From: Eledone cirrhosa
Lineage: Eukaryota
Assembly: GCA_964016885.1 (NCBI GenBank)
Contig: CAXHJY010000491.1
Span: forward strand, 117,497 to 181,496
Reading direction: 5' to 3'
DNA length: 64,000 bases
The notes under the pieces are model-generated. The model was not told the DNA's origin. It was given only the letters and a program-made list of their open reading frames with translations, and did no database searches. Of the stretch, positions 54,150 through 64,000 are shown in pieces. How positions within the stretch are numbered: the first letter of the stretch is position 1; the number at the start of each line of letters is the position of its first letter. Position numbers and translations under genes: made by a program.

Positions 54150-54257
54150 GGCGCATGGCTTAGTGGTTAGAGCATTGGGCTTGCAATCGAAAAGTTGTAA
54201 GTTCAATACTCGGACCGGGTGATGTGTTCTTTCCCTGAGCAAGACACTTTATTTCAC
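54150..54257 (+). mobile_element. 5' part of a second tRNA-derived SINE family (CORE-like box), truncated
   Basis: A box TGGCTTAGTGG, B-box-like AAGTTCAATAC, then CCCTGAGCAAGACACTT. It stops at the (TTC)n tail of the adjacent LINE. Confidence 0.8.
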
Positions 54258-54515
54258 TTCTTCTTCTTCTTCTTCTTCTTCTTCGCTCCCTTATTCCTGA
54301 GAGGGTCGTGATGGTCAAAGTCCTGAAACCCTCCTTCCAGTGGACCCTGTCACAAACAACCGTCTCCAACTGATCCAGCTGGATGCCCAAGTGAGACCAG
54401 CCCAAGCCCATGTATGTTATCCAACCTTCTTGCACGGGGTCTACCCCTGGGTCCCCTGCCGGTTGATTTCACCCCTGAAATAATTCCAGCGATTCTTTCC
54501 TCAGACATTCTAATA
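54258..54515 (-). mobile_element. 3' end of an RTE-clade LINE with (GAA)n tail
   Basis: Minus-strand translation IRMSEERIAGIISGVKSTGRGPRGRPRARRLDNI, then after a frameshift DRVHWK. This fits the RM..R..G.R.RGRP..RW.D...DR..W C-terminal signature of RTE ORFs. It ends in a GAA repeat (TTC on +, 54258-54283). Confidence 0.8.
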
Positions 54516-54664
54516 TTAAAACTTTTTTTTTTCTGTCAAACTTTCTATATTTTATATATTCCATATATGGGCATCGTTCCGCCATATGTCTATAATGATG
54601 TCATACTTTCTTGGACTGCAATACTAGAAGCAATACCGTATGGTGACAGCAAGACAAAAACTAT

Positions 54665-55130
54665 TATGTATGTATGTGTATGTCTTTCTGTATTTGTAGT
54701 AACATGTGTGTATATGAGTAAGTGACTATGTGTGTGTATGAGGTGTGTCTATGCGTGTGTGTGCGTGTGGATAGGCGTGTGTATGAGGGTTTGGGCGTGC
54801 ATGTGTGTGTATATATATGCATGTGTTTGGTGTGTGTGGGCATATGCGTAAGTATTTATGTGTGGGCCTGCGTGTGTGTGTGTATATATGCATGTGTTTG
54901 GTGTGTGTGGGCGTGGGCATATGCGTAAGTATTTATGTGTGGGCGTGTGTGTGTGTGTGTATGGGCGTGTGGGTGTGCATGTGTGGGTGTGTATGCGTAT
55001 ATACTTGTGTGTATGGCGTGTGGGCGTGCATGTGGGTGTATGTACGTACCTGTGTGTGTGTGTGTGTGTGTATGTGCGTGTTTGTGCCTGTTTACGTGTG
55101 TGGACGTGTGTGTATGTATATGTATGTGTA
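54665..55130. repeat. Degenerate (TG)n-rich low-complexity repeat
   Basis: TG/TA/CG dinucleotide mosaic. The block ATGCATGTGTTTGGTGTGTGTGGG..CATATGCGTAAGTATTTATGTGTGGGC occurs twice. Confidence 0.93.
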
Positions 55131-55615
55131 GTTTAATTTGAATGTTCATTTGTTTGCATGTCTGAGAATTGCCGCCAGAAATAAATGTTAACAAAAGCGT
55201 AGTGTTGAATTATTTCACCGTGAAAGGTTTAAATAGTAAGGAAGCTTCTAGATACGATTGTCTAGCTCTCTCTCTTATTACCCAAAATATCACGTTATCT
55301 CACTCAAAAGTGTTCTCAACCAAAAAGCGAAAATATATCAGTTACTATTATAATGGTTGGCTAAACCTGAACAAGAATCTGCAAAGGGCTGGAGAATATA
55401 ATATATTATCACTTCACTTCATATTTGTGGGAATTTCAAAGGTAAATCTATCAGGCTACAAGTAATTTATTCAATTCAGAAAGATAATTTATATTGAAGC
55501 AACAAGCAGAAAAATGCAATTTCTTTCCACTTTTTCCCATCGACGAATTCTAGAAACATTGTAACGTGTGTATGTCTTGGTAACACATGTAAGCGTATTT
55601 AGAAGTTTGCTTGGG

Positions 55616-56204
<589 letters not shown>

Positions 56205-56330
56205 AGAGACGTATGTATGTTATTTTATTATTTATGTTGTTCCTGTAAATTTCACCCTGAGAGAAAAAAAGTAAGAAGCCAAATTACTTTCCATCTGTTT
56301 CAAGTGACATAATGGAAGGTAACAGAATGT

Positions 56331-56447
56331 GAAGAAGAAGAAGAAGAAGAAGAAGAAGAAGAAGAAGAAGAAGAAGAAGAAGAAGAAGAAGAAGAAGACG
56401 ACGACGACGACGACGACGACGAAGAAGAAGAAGAAGAAGAAGAAGAA

Positions 56448-56479
<32 letters not shown>

Positions 56480-56529
56480 AGAAGAAGAAGAAGAAGAAGA
56501 AGAAGAAGAAGAAGAAGAAGAAGAAGAAG
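56331..56529. repeat. Compound (GAA)n/(GAC)n microsatellite
   Basis: Five alternating perfect blocks GAA-GAC-GAA-GAC-GAA, all in one phase. Confidence 0.98.
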
Positions 56530-56728
56530 CAGCACCATTAGTAGCAAAAAAGTGGAAAAGGAATTGTTGGTTGTGGCCAAGGTAGGTAAATTGTGAGAAA
56601 TGTCAAGTGAAATAAACTCCTGCGTTCTGCAATTAAATGATTCCTAGTCAACACTAAATGAATTTAGCGACGTTGTGCGGCGATATTTTCCAAGTAAATT
56701 ACCAGCACTTACGTTTTACAACCTTTAC

Positions 56729-57270
56729 AGATGATGATGATGATGAAGATGGTGATGGTGATGATGATGATGGTGATGGTGATGGGATTGGTTGTGGTGA
56801 TGGTGGTAGTAATGGTGATGGAGATGGTGGTGGTGATGGTGATGGTGGTGGTGGTGATGATGATGATGATGATGATGATGTTGATGTTGATGGTGATGTT
56901 GGTGATGGTGATGTTGGTGGTGATGATGATGGAGATGATTGAGATGATGGTGATGTTGGTGATGGTGATTGTGGTGGTGATGATGATGATGATGATGGTG
57001 ATGTTGGTGATGGTGGTGTTGGTGGTGATGATGATGGAGATGATGGTGATGGTGATGTCGATGGTGACGGTGATGGCAATATGATAAGGAAGATGGTCGT
57101 GGTGATATTTATGATAATGGTGATGGTGATGATGGTAATGATAATGATGATGATGTTGATGATGATAATGACGATGGTGATGAAGATAGTGATGGTGACG
57201 TTTATGATAATGATGATGCTGATGATGCTGAAGATGGTGATGGTAATGATGATGATGATGATGATGGTAG
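56729..57270. repeat. Cryptic (GAT/GGT)n trinucleotide repeat
   Basis: About 540 bp of GAT/GGT/GTT/AAT triplets; same class as 49113-49880 but on the opposite strand. Confidence 0.95.
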
Positions 57271-57347
57271 TAATTAATGTGTTAAAGGCCATGTTGCTGA
57301 TATTGTTAGTGATGTAAAGAAAAGTTACAGCCTAAATGTATGTAACA

Positions 57348-57750
57348 AACGCTGTAGTGCTCTGTAGAACGCTGTAGTGCTCTGTAGAACGCTGTAGTAC
57401 TCTGTAGAACGCTGTAGTACTCTGTAGTACTCTGTAGAACGCTGTAGTACTCTGTAGAACGCTGTAGAACGCTGTAGAACGCTGTAGTACTCTGTAGAAC
57501 GCTGTAGAACGCTGTAGAACGCTGTAGTGCTCTGTAGAATGCTGTAGAACGCTGTAGAACGATGTAGTACTCTGTAGAACGCCGTAGAACGGTGTAGTAC
57601 TCTGTAGAACGCTATAGAACGCTGTAGAACGCTGTAGTACTCTGTAGAACGCCGTAGAACGCTGTAGTACTCTGTAGAACGCCGTAGAAAGCTGTAGAAC
57701 GCTGTAGTACTCTGTAGAACGCCGTAGAACGCTGTAGAATATTGTAGAAC
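57348..57750. repeat. 10-bp minisatellite (GCTGTAGAAC / TCTGTAGAAC / GCTGTAGTAC)
   Basis: About 40 perfectly phased 10-mers, with 20- and 30-bp higher-order patterns. Confidence 0.96.
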
Positions 57751-57897
57751 ATGTGACTTCTAACGTAGCTATCTCATACAAGGGTTAAATTGATGCTTGA
57801 AGTCAATAAACTGTCCTTACGTTGCTAATGTACTTGCTAAACTTATATCAGTCTTTAAATGTCAACCTTTATATAAATAAATATTATTCTTATTTCT

Positions 57898-58083
57898 ATA
57901 ATAATAATTGTTTCTACTTTAGGCACAAGGCCAGCAATTATCCAGTGCATTACTGGTACTTTATTTTATCGACCCCGTAAGGATGAAAGGCAAAGTCAAC
58001 CTCGGCGGGATTTGAACTCAGATCGTAAAGGGACGTAACTATGCTGGAAAGCATGGCGTCCGACCCTCTACCGATACTGCCAA
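57898..58083 (-). mobile_element. tRNA-derived SINE, short form
   Basis: Same head, B box, central motif and (TTA)n tail as 50005-50185. Confidence 0.92.
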
Positions 58084-58303
58084 TCAATAATAATAATGGT
58101 TTCTTATATAGGCACAGGGCCAGCAATTTTGGGGAGGGGAAAGTCGATTAAATCGACCCCAGTGCGTGACTGGTACTTTATTTTATCGACCTCGTAAGGA
58201 TTAAAGGTAAAGCTAACCTAGCTGAGATTTTGTTATTAGGCCGTAAAGGGCCGAAACTCAATGCCTCAAAGCATGTTGTCCGACGCTCTACCGATTCTAC
58301 CAA
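58084..58303 (-). mobile_element. tRNA-derived SINE, long form, more diverged
   Basis: Has the extra TTTTGGGGAGGGGAAAGTCGATTAAATCGACCCC segment plus the central motif and head; B box is decayed. Confidence 0.88.
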
Positions 58304-58329
58304 TCCACGACACTTATTTTTATAATAGT

Positions 58330-58443
58330 TAATAATAATTGTTTCTACTTTAGGCACAAGGCCAGCGATAACCCAGTGCATTACTGGTACTTTATTTTAT
58401 CGACCCCGTAAGGATGAAAGGCAAAGTCAACCTCGGCGGGATT
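58330..58443 (-). mobile_element. 5'-truncated SINE, short form
   Basis: Runs from the tail to CCTCGGCGGGATT, then stops. Confidence 0.88.
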
Positions 58444-58483
58444 AGTTAATTAATTAGTTAATAGTTAATAATAATGATTTCTA

Positions 58484-59521
58484 ATTTTGAGATAAGACCA
58501 ATCATTTTGAGATAAGACCAATCATTTTGAGATAAGACCAGTAATTTTGAGATAAGACTAGTAATTTTGAGATAAGACCAGTAATTTTGAGATAAGACCA
58601 GTAATTGAGATAAGACTAGTAATTTTGAGATAAGACCAGTAATTTTGAGATAAGACCAGTAATTGAGATAAGACTAGTAATTTTGAGATAAGACCAATAA
58701 TTGAGATAAGACTAGTAATTTTGAGATAAGACCAATAATTGAGATAAGACCAGTCATTTTGAGATAAGACCAATAATTGAGATAAGACTAGTAATTTTGA
58801 GATAAGACCAATAATTGAGATAAGACTAGTAACTTTGAGATAAGATCAATAATTTTGAGATAAGACCAATAATTGAGATAAGACTAGTAATTTTGAGATA
58901 AGACCAATAATTGAGATAAGACTAGTAATTTTGAGATAAGACCAATAATTGAGATAAGACTAGTAATTTTGAGATAAGACCAATAATTGAGATAAGACTA
59001 GTAATTTTGAGATAAGACCAATAATTGAGATAAGACCAGTAATTTTGAGATAAGACCAATAATTGAGATAAGACTAGTAATTTTGAGATAAGACCAATAA
59101 TTGAGATAAGACTAGTAATTTTGAGATAAGACCAATAATTGAGATAAGAGTAGTAATTTTGAGATAAGACCAATAATTGAGATAAGACTAGTAATTTTGA
59201 GATAAGACCAATAATTGAGATAAGACTAGTAATTTTGAGATAAGACCAATAATTGAGATAAGACTAGTAATTTTGAGATAAGACCAATAATTGAGATAAG
59301 ACAAGTAATTTTGAGATAAGACCAATAATTGAGATAAGACCAGTAATTTTGAGATAAGACCAATAATTGAGATAAGACTAGTAATTTTGAAATAAGATCA
59401 ATAATTTTGAGATAAGACCAATAATTGAGATAAGACCAATAATTGAGATAAGACCAGTAATTTTGAGATAAGACCAATAATTGAGATAAGACTAGTAATT
59501 TTGAGATAAGACCTGTAATTT
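58484..59521. repeat. 18/20-bp minisatellite GAGATAAGAC(C/T)A(G/A)TAATT(TT), largely a 38-bp dimer
   Basis: More than 50 tandem units; GAGATAAGACTAGTAATTTT alternates with GAGATAAGACCAATAATT through most of the array. Confidence 0.97.
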
Positions 59522-59670
59522 TCAGGCGGAAAGGAAAATCGATTATGTCGATCCCTGTACTTAAGTGGTACTTTATTTTATCGACCTCGGAAGGATGAAA
59601 GATAAAGTTGACCCATGCGGGTTTTGAACCTTGAACAAATACTGCTAAGCAATTGACCGACGCTCTACCT
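59500..59670 (-). mobile_element. Diverged long-form SINE whose 3' part is occupied by the minisatellite
   Basis: AATCGATTATGTCGATCCC..TGGTACTTTATTTTATCGACCTCGGAAGGATGAAAG..TTTGAACC..CGACGCTCTACC is colinear with the other SINE copies. Confidence 0.85.
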
Positions 59671-59903
59671 TTGATAGGTACAGAGTCAGTCACAATTATC
59701 CCTTCCCCTTTTCTTTCTCTCGCTTCCTAATAATCATTGCCCCTTTCCTTCCTTTTCATCTCATTTATAGCATTTATATTTCTTTCCAATACTACTTTTT
59801 ATTTCTAAATGTTTGACTAAATATTAAATTCTTTATTATTTTTATGTAATTTTATCTTGAATTTCTAATTAAATAAAAACCCAATCTTTAAACAATATTT
59901 CAG

Positions 59904-60770
59904 GTTAAAAAATTTGATAATTTATCCTCCAAAGATTCTACAGAAATTTAGGAAAATACACAAACTAAATAAAACAGAAGAAATTGCTGACATTTTGAGT
60001 AAAATATTGTTTGATGAAAAAGAACCCGACCCAATGAAAGCATTGTTTCCTTGGTCTGATTTGATGTGCTCTACGCTGCTCAGTAAGTGAATGACGTCAA
60101 TATAAAAAAACTTACTTAATTGGAGTAGAGAACATTGTAGTAGAGGTTACATGGGATGGGGAGATGTGCAGATCTTGGCTTACTTTAGGACGTAACTATC
60201 TGCCGCAAAACATGTTGTCCGGTGCTCTACCAATATATTGAATCGATCCCTCATAATGGTTCCTGATTTAGGCACATAGCCAACAATTTTTTTTTTTGGG
60301 GGGGGGGGGGAGGTCGATTAAATCGACCCCAGTACACTATATAAAGGGACATAACTATAAGCCACAAAGCATGTTGTCTACCGATACTGCCAATACTACC
60401 GTCCTCAAATCGGTATCTCATAATGAAATGAGTTTGTTGTTAATCAAAACAACATAATATATTGTAATATTGTTTTTTGTAGAAGATAAGTTTCATTCGG
60501 TCATATCTCCATATCAAAGAACCAATTACTCTATAATTTTATACTAAGTATCTATTGGAAGAAATATCGGCGTGATGTATGTCAGAATACACAGAACTTT
60601 ATAAACTTTGTCCAATTCAGTCGAATATAAAACTACAATGTACATTATAGATGGGAAAATAGCTAACTTTTTTTCTAAATACATATAGCTGTCTATTTTC
60701 CGTTATATTAGATATATAGAGACACATTGAACATTCTATTGCTATTACATCAACTAAAATTATTTCGTAA
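59904..60770 (+). pseudogene. Candidate exon (59904-60082) plus decayed downstream coding-like sequence, tentatively TRPM-channel-like
   Basis: TTTCAG| acceptor and |GTAAGT donor flank a 179-nt stop-free frame (LKNLIIYPPK...EPDPMKALFPWSDLMCSTLL). After a second acceptor (TTTTTTGTAG, 60482) come KISFIRSYLHIKEPITL* and WENS*LFF*IHIAV..NILLLLHQL. These loosely follow the order of TRPM pre-S1 motifs. Similarity was judged by eye only, and in-frame stops are present. Confidence 0.35.
60180..60393 (-). mobile_element. SINE fragments (a head fragment and an internally deleted long-form copy)
   Basis: GGACGTAACTAT..CATGTTGTCCGGTGCTCTACC, then TTAGGCACATAGCCAACAATTT..GTCGATTAAATCGACCCCAGT..AAGCATGTTGTCTACCGATACTGCCAAT. 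Confidence 0.8.
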
Positions 60771-61144
60771 TACGTCGTGCTTAGTATTGTAATTCGTAAT
60801 GGTTTTGTTTCAAGTCAGAACGACAACAGTAAATGGAACTTGATGTTGGTACGTAATATTAAACGAATTATAAGTCTCAAACGATTTATAGTCACCTCAC
60901 AACTTACAACTGTATTGCTAGATTTCAAATGAACAGACAGATAGACGTTATTACTCATTTTTTAAAGAATTTCCCTATTAGATTACCCATCAAACATATT
61001 ATTAAACAATAATAGAAGAATTCCAATCATAAGAATATCTCCAGCTAAAACATTGTAATAGTGACGACTCTAATGCTTCTCTAACATTAAAACTGTCATT
61101 TAATTTCATGTCTCTACACGGGAATATCTCACGCAGAGTTGAAT

Positions 61145-61338
61145 AACAATAATAATATTAATAATTGTTTCTACTTTTGGCACAAGGCCAGCAAATACCC
61201 AGTGTATTACTGGTACTTTATTTTATCGACCCCCGTAAGGATGAAAGGCAAAGTTAACCTCGGCGGGATTTGAACTCAGATCGTAAGGGGACGTAACTAT
61301 GCTGGAAAGCATGTCCGACCCTCTACCGATACTGCCAA
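61145..61338 (-). mobile_element. tRNA-derived SINE, short form
   Basis: Nearly identical to 57898-58083. Confidence 0.92.
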
Positions 61339-61345
61339 TGATTTC

Positions 61346-63377
61346 ATTTATTGGCCACAAGGGCCGACATGTAGGGGACAATATAAAGACACGGACAGTG
61401 GGGGTTTACAATAAGCTCGAGTAAAAGTGCAAAATAGCTAAATAAATTTAACAATGAAAATATAAAATATCTATGTATAAACATAACAAAATAAATTCCC
61501 CAATAAGGGGTGAACCACTCAGGGAGGACTCAGGTACCCCACCAATCCTGAGTCACCTGACGCTTCTAGGGCACCCGGGGAGGGCACCCCTCTCCTCCTC
61601 AAAGTAGCCAGTCTATATGCGCATGGTCAGAGTAGGCCCACTCATATGGGCCATTCGCGCCACATTCGTCCGCCTTTTAGCAAATGTACTAGGGGGTAGC
61701 ACTTCTCTCTCCACCCTCACCTTCCTTTCCAGGTGAAACGTGAAGATGTTGATGAGGGATTGGCCGAAGAGAAAAGTGTCTATCTTCAGTCCTTTTGACC
61801 TGGTCCACCATACAACCTCTTTCGAAACTGCCACCAGACAGAGGAAAATTGCCTGCCCTTCCTAACCAAAAGAAGACGGCGGGTCGATCTTCACTATGGA
61901 CTCGGCTGATAGCTGGATCCGTTCTACACGCGACAACAACTCTTCGACATAATTCCACAAGTCAGTAATGCACGGACTTTGGACGAATACGTGCAGAACG
62001 GTTTCGTCACTCTGCGCGCATCTCGAGCAGGTCCGTGCCTGTAGAGTTTATCTCGAACTGGCAGTGCCAAGCGAGGGATTTCTGAAAGATATCCATCGTA
62101 CCCGACTCGAAAGCCCTCCGAAACATGACCGGTCGGTTCGTCTTCGTCGACGCCCAGAACCTCTCCGAGTGCGTCGTCGCACTTGCCATCCACCAATCCT
62201 CTGTAGAACTCGAGTGAGCAAGTTCCACTGACCACATTGCCCGCCTGGTAGAGGGCAGTGAGTGCCTGGCAACATTCGAGATGCCAGTCACTTTGTTTCG
62301 GTCTCTTCTTGACCCAGGACAGGCTCAATCAAAGATACGACCTGCGAAAAGGCCCATTTGATAAACGGTGACCACACCTGTTCACATTAGCCACGGCTTG
62401 CCCAGCCGTCCGCGTAGAGGGAGCTGGCAGCAGATGGACCGCCTCACAAATGGGACCTGTCCCCTCCACAAGAATTTGAATATGAGCCGTTCCAGCTTGG
62501 CGAGGCACGGTCTGGCCCGAACCAAACCCCGACAACTTTTCCGGTCCGTCCGTCCAGCGCCCAACGACTGTTTTGGATGGCATGGACTTGCCTCTGCAGG
62601 TGCAGAGCTTCAAGCCAACCGACTTTACAGGGTTAAGTTTGGCGCCCGTCTAACTTCCATATTCCTCCAATAAGGTGCCGACCACCTCGATTTCCAAGGT
62701 GTCCGACACCATTATCCTGATGTCGTACGCATAAGCCGACACAGCCTTTCGGTGTGCCGGTTCGAGTGGGATGCCCTGCAACAGCTCCAGCTTCCGCAGT
62801 AGAGGCTCGAGAGTCAATACGGAAAGGAAGAAAGAGTGTATCCTTGACAGACCGATTGGGAGACCTGAAATGGTTCCGTGAGATGGCTATTAACTTTGAT
62901 CACCGAGCAGATGCGCTGTGCATTGCAGTGATCCAGTTTCTGAAGACGGGGCCGAAGCCAGCTGCTTTGAGGACACCCTCCAGGTACAGTTGGTCGACCC
63001 TATCGAATGCTTTCGATTGATCTAAATTGATCAGAGCCCCACCGAAACCAAGTTTACACCCTACCCTCTCTATGATGTATCGCATGAAGTGGAGGTGTTC
63101 GTGTATGCACCCGATGAGGATTTCACAAGTTTGCGCCTCCCCATCCAAATCCTCGACGACAAAATCCAACCTCTTCGCTAACACACCAGCCAAAATCTTA
63201 AATTCTGTGCTGAACAGAGTTATGGACCTGAAATCGTCTTTCCTTATCAACATCACTACGGCCCGGCTCACCGAACTGGGAATACTCCCGTTCTGCTGCC
63301 AGTTGCAGTAGAGCGCTTCTTGAAGATCGGAGAACAAGTCTGGCATATTTACGTAAAACTCGTAGGGCAGACCATCC
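61346..63377 (-). mobile_element. 5'-truncated, decayed L1/Tx1-type LINE (ORF2 RT and C-terminal region plus 3' UTR)
   Basis: Minus-strand motifs: DGLPYEFY, FRSITLFSTEFKILAGVLAKRL, LDQSKAFDRVD, GFGPVFRNWI, SAYAYD (mutated YADD, ~62721-62738), LERLIFKFLWRG, LPVRDKLYRHG. There are many frameshifts and stops. AATAAA lies at the 3' end (~61347-61352 on minus). Confidence 0.92.
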
Positions 63378-63568
63378 TAATTTAGGCACAAGGTCAGTAC
63401 GTCGGGGTTGGGTGAGGAAAAAAGCTGATTAAATCAAACCCAATGACTTACACGTATTATATTTTATTGACTCATTAAGGATGATATGTAAAGTTAACCT
63501 CAGCGGGATTTGAACTCATAACGTAAAGGTAGGTAACTATTTGCACAGAATACAGCCAACCATTCGGC
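63378..63568 (-). mobile_element. Diverged long-form SINE
   Basis: TTTAGGCACAAGG..GATTAAATCAAACCC..AAGGATGA..AAAGTTAACCTCAGCGGGATTTGAACTCA. Confidence 0.85.
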
Positions 63569-63584
63569 CTCAACAGTATAATTA

Positions 63585-63800
63585 GAATAATAATGATTTC
63601 TACTATAAGCACAAGGCCAGCAATTTTGAGGTGGGGTAAAGAGATTAAATCGACCCCAGTGCATTACTAGTGCTTTGTTTTATCGACCGCATAAGGATAA
63701 AAGGAAAAGATAACATCGGCAGGATTTGAATCTAGAACGTAAAAGACCACATAAACTAAACACTGCAAAGCATGTTGTCCGACGCTGTACCGATTTTTTC
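63585..63800 (-). mobile_element. Long-form SINE
   Basis: AATAATAATGATTTCTA..GCACAAGGCCAGCAATTTTG..GATTAAATCGACCCCAGT..GGATTTGAA..AAGCATGTTGTCCGACGCTGTACCGAT. Confidence 0.88.
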
Positions 63801-64000
63801 AATAATAATCAATACGCAGATCTTGTTTGTTATCCACCGAAATAAATCAAAACTTTGAGAAGATATGTTATAAGATGATCACAATAAAGTACAGCAAGGA
63901 GTATGGAGGTATTTAGAAGTATATTGCTAAATATAGAAAGAAGAACTAAAGAAAGATGTAGAGAAGAAGTAGGTTTCAACATTATAGGTAAGATGATTTT

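Noticed and set aside
54150-54225. tRNA gene
   Set aside because: A and B boxes are present, but I could not fold a cloverleaf and the sequence continues into a SINE body. The same applies to the heads of the minus-strand SINEs.
57348-57750. 10-bp minisatellite as ancestor of the 64-bp satellite (shared TGTAGA and TAGTAC words)
   Set aside because: Only 6-bp words are shared, with no colinear alignment; chance is sufficient.
58558-59693. Leucine-rich repeat-like ORFs (LISKLLVLSQNYWSYL)
   Set aside because: These are translations of the 18/20-bp minisatellite with constantly shifting frame.
61613-63389. Intact autonomous LINE or host genes in the overlapping ORFs
   Set aside because: ORF2 is fragmented across frames, the catalytic YADD reads YAYD and the endonuclease and ORF1 are missing. 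Plus-strand ORFs are antisense shadows.

Overview
Repeat-dominated eukaryotic (animal) DNA, most likely octopus/cephalopod judging from the tRNA-derived SINE families I recognise from memory; this was not confirmed by a search. Positions 1-~47,367 are one head-to-tail satellite array of a 64-bp monomer (about 740 copies, running off the left edge). The array has nested higher-order duplications of roughly 0.19, 0.96, 3.1-3.6 and 15.6 kb. The remaining ~16.6 kb is a transposon and simple-repeat mosaic: a decayed CRE-like non-LTR retrotransposon next to the array, a ~1.06-kb non-autonomous Helitron with intact termini, an RTE LINE 3' end, a 5'-truncated L1/Tx1-type LINE, about ten SINEs, three minisatellites (one apparently amplified from a SINE segment) and many microsatellites. 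There is also a candidate spliced exon plus decayed downstream sequence resembling a TRPM-type channel. No intact protein-coding gene, RNA gene or CRISPR array is supported; nearly all ORFs in the track are repeat artefacts. I found no clear new biological system; the best leads concern repeat origin and evolution.
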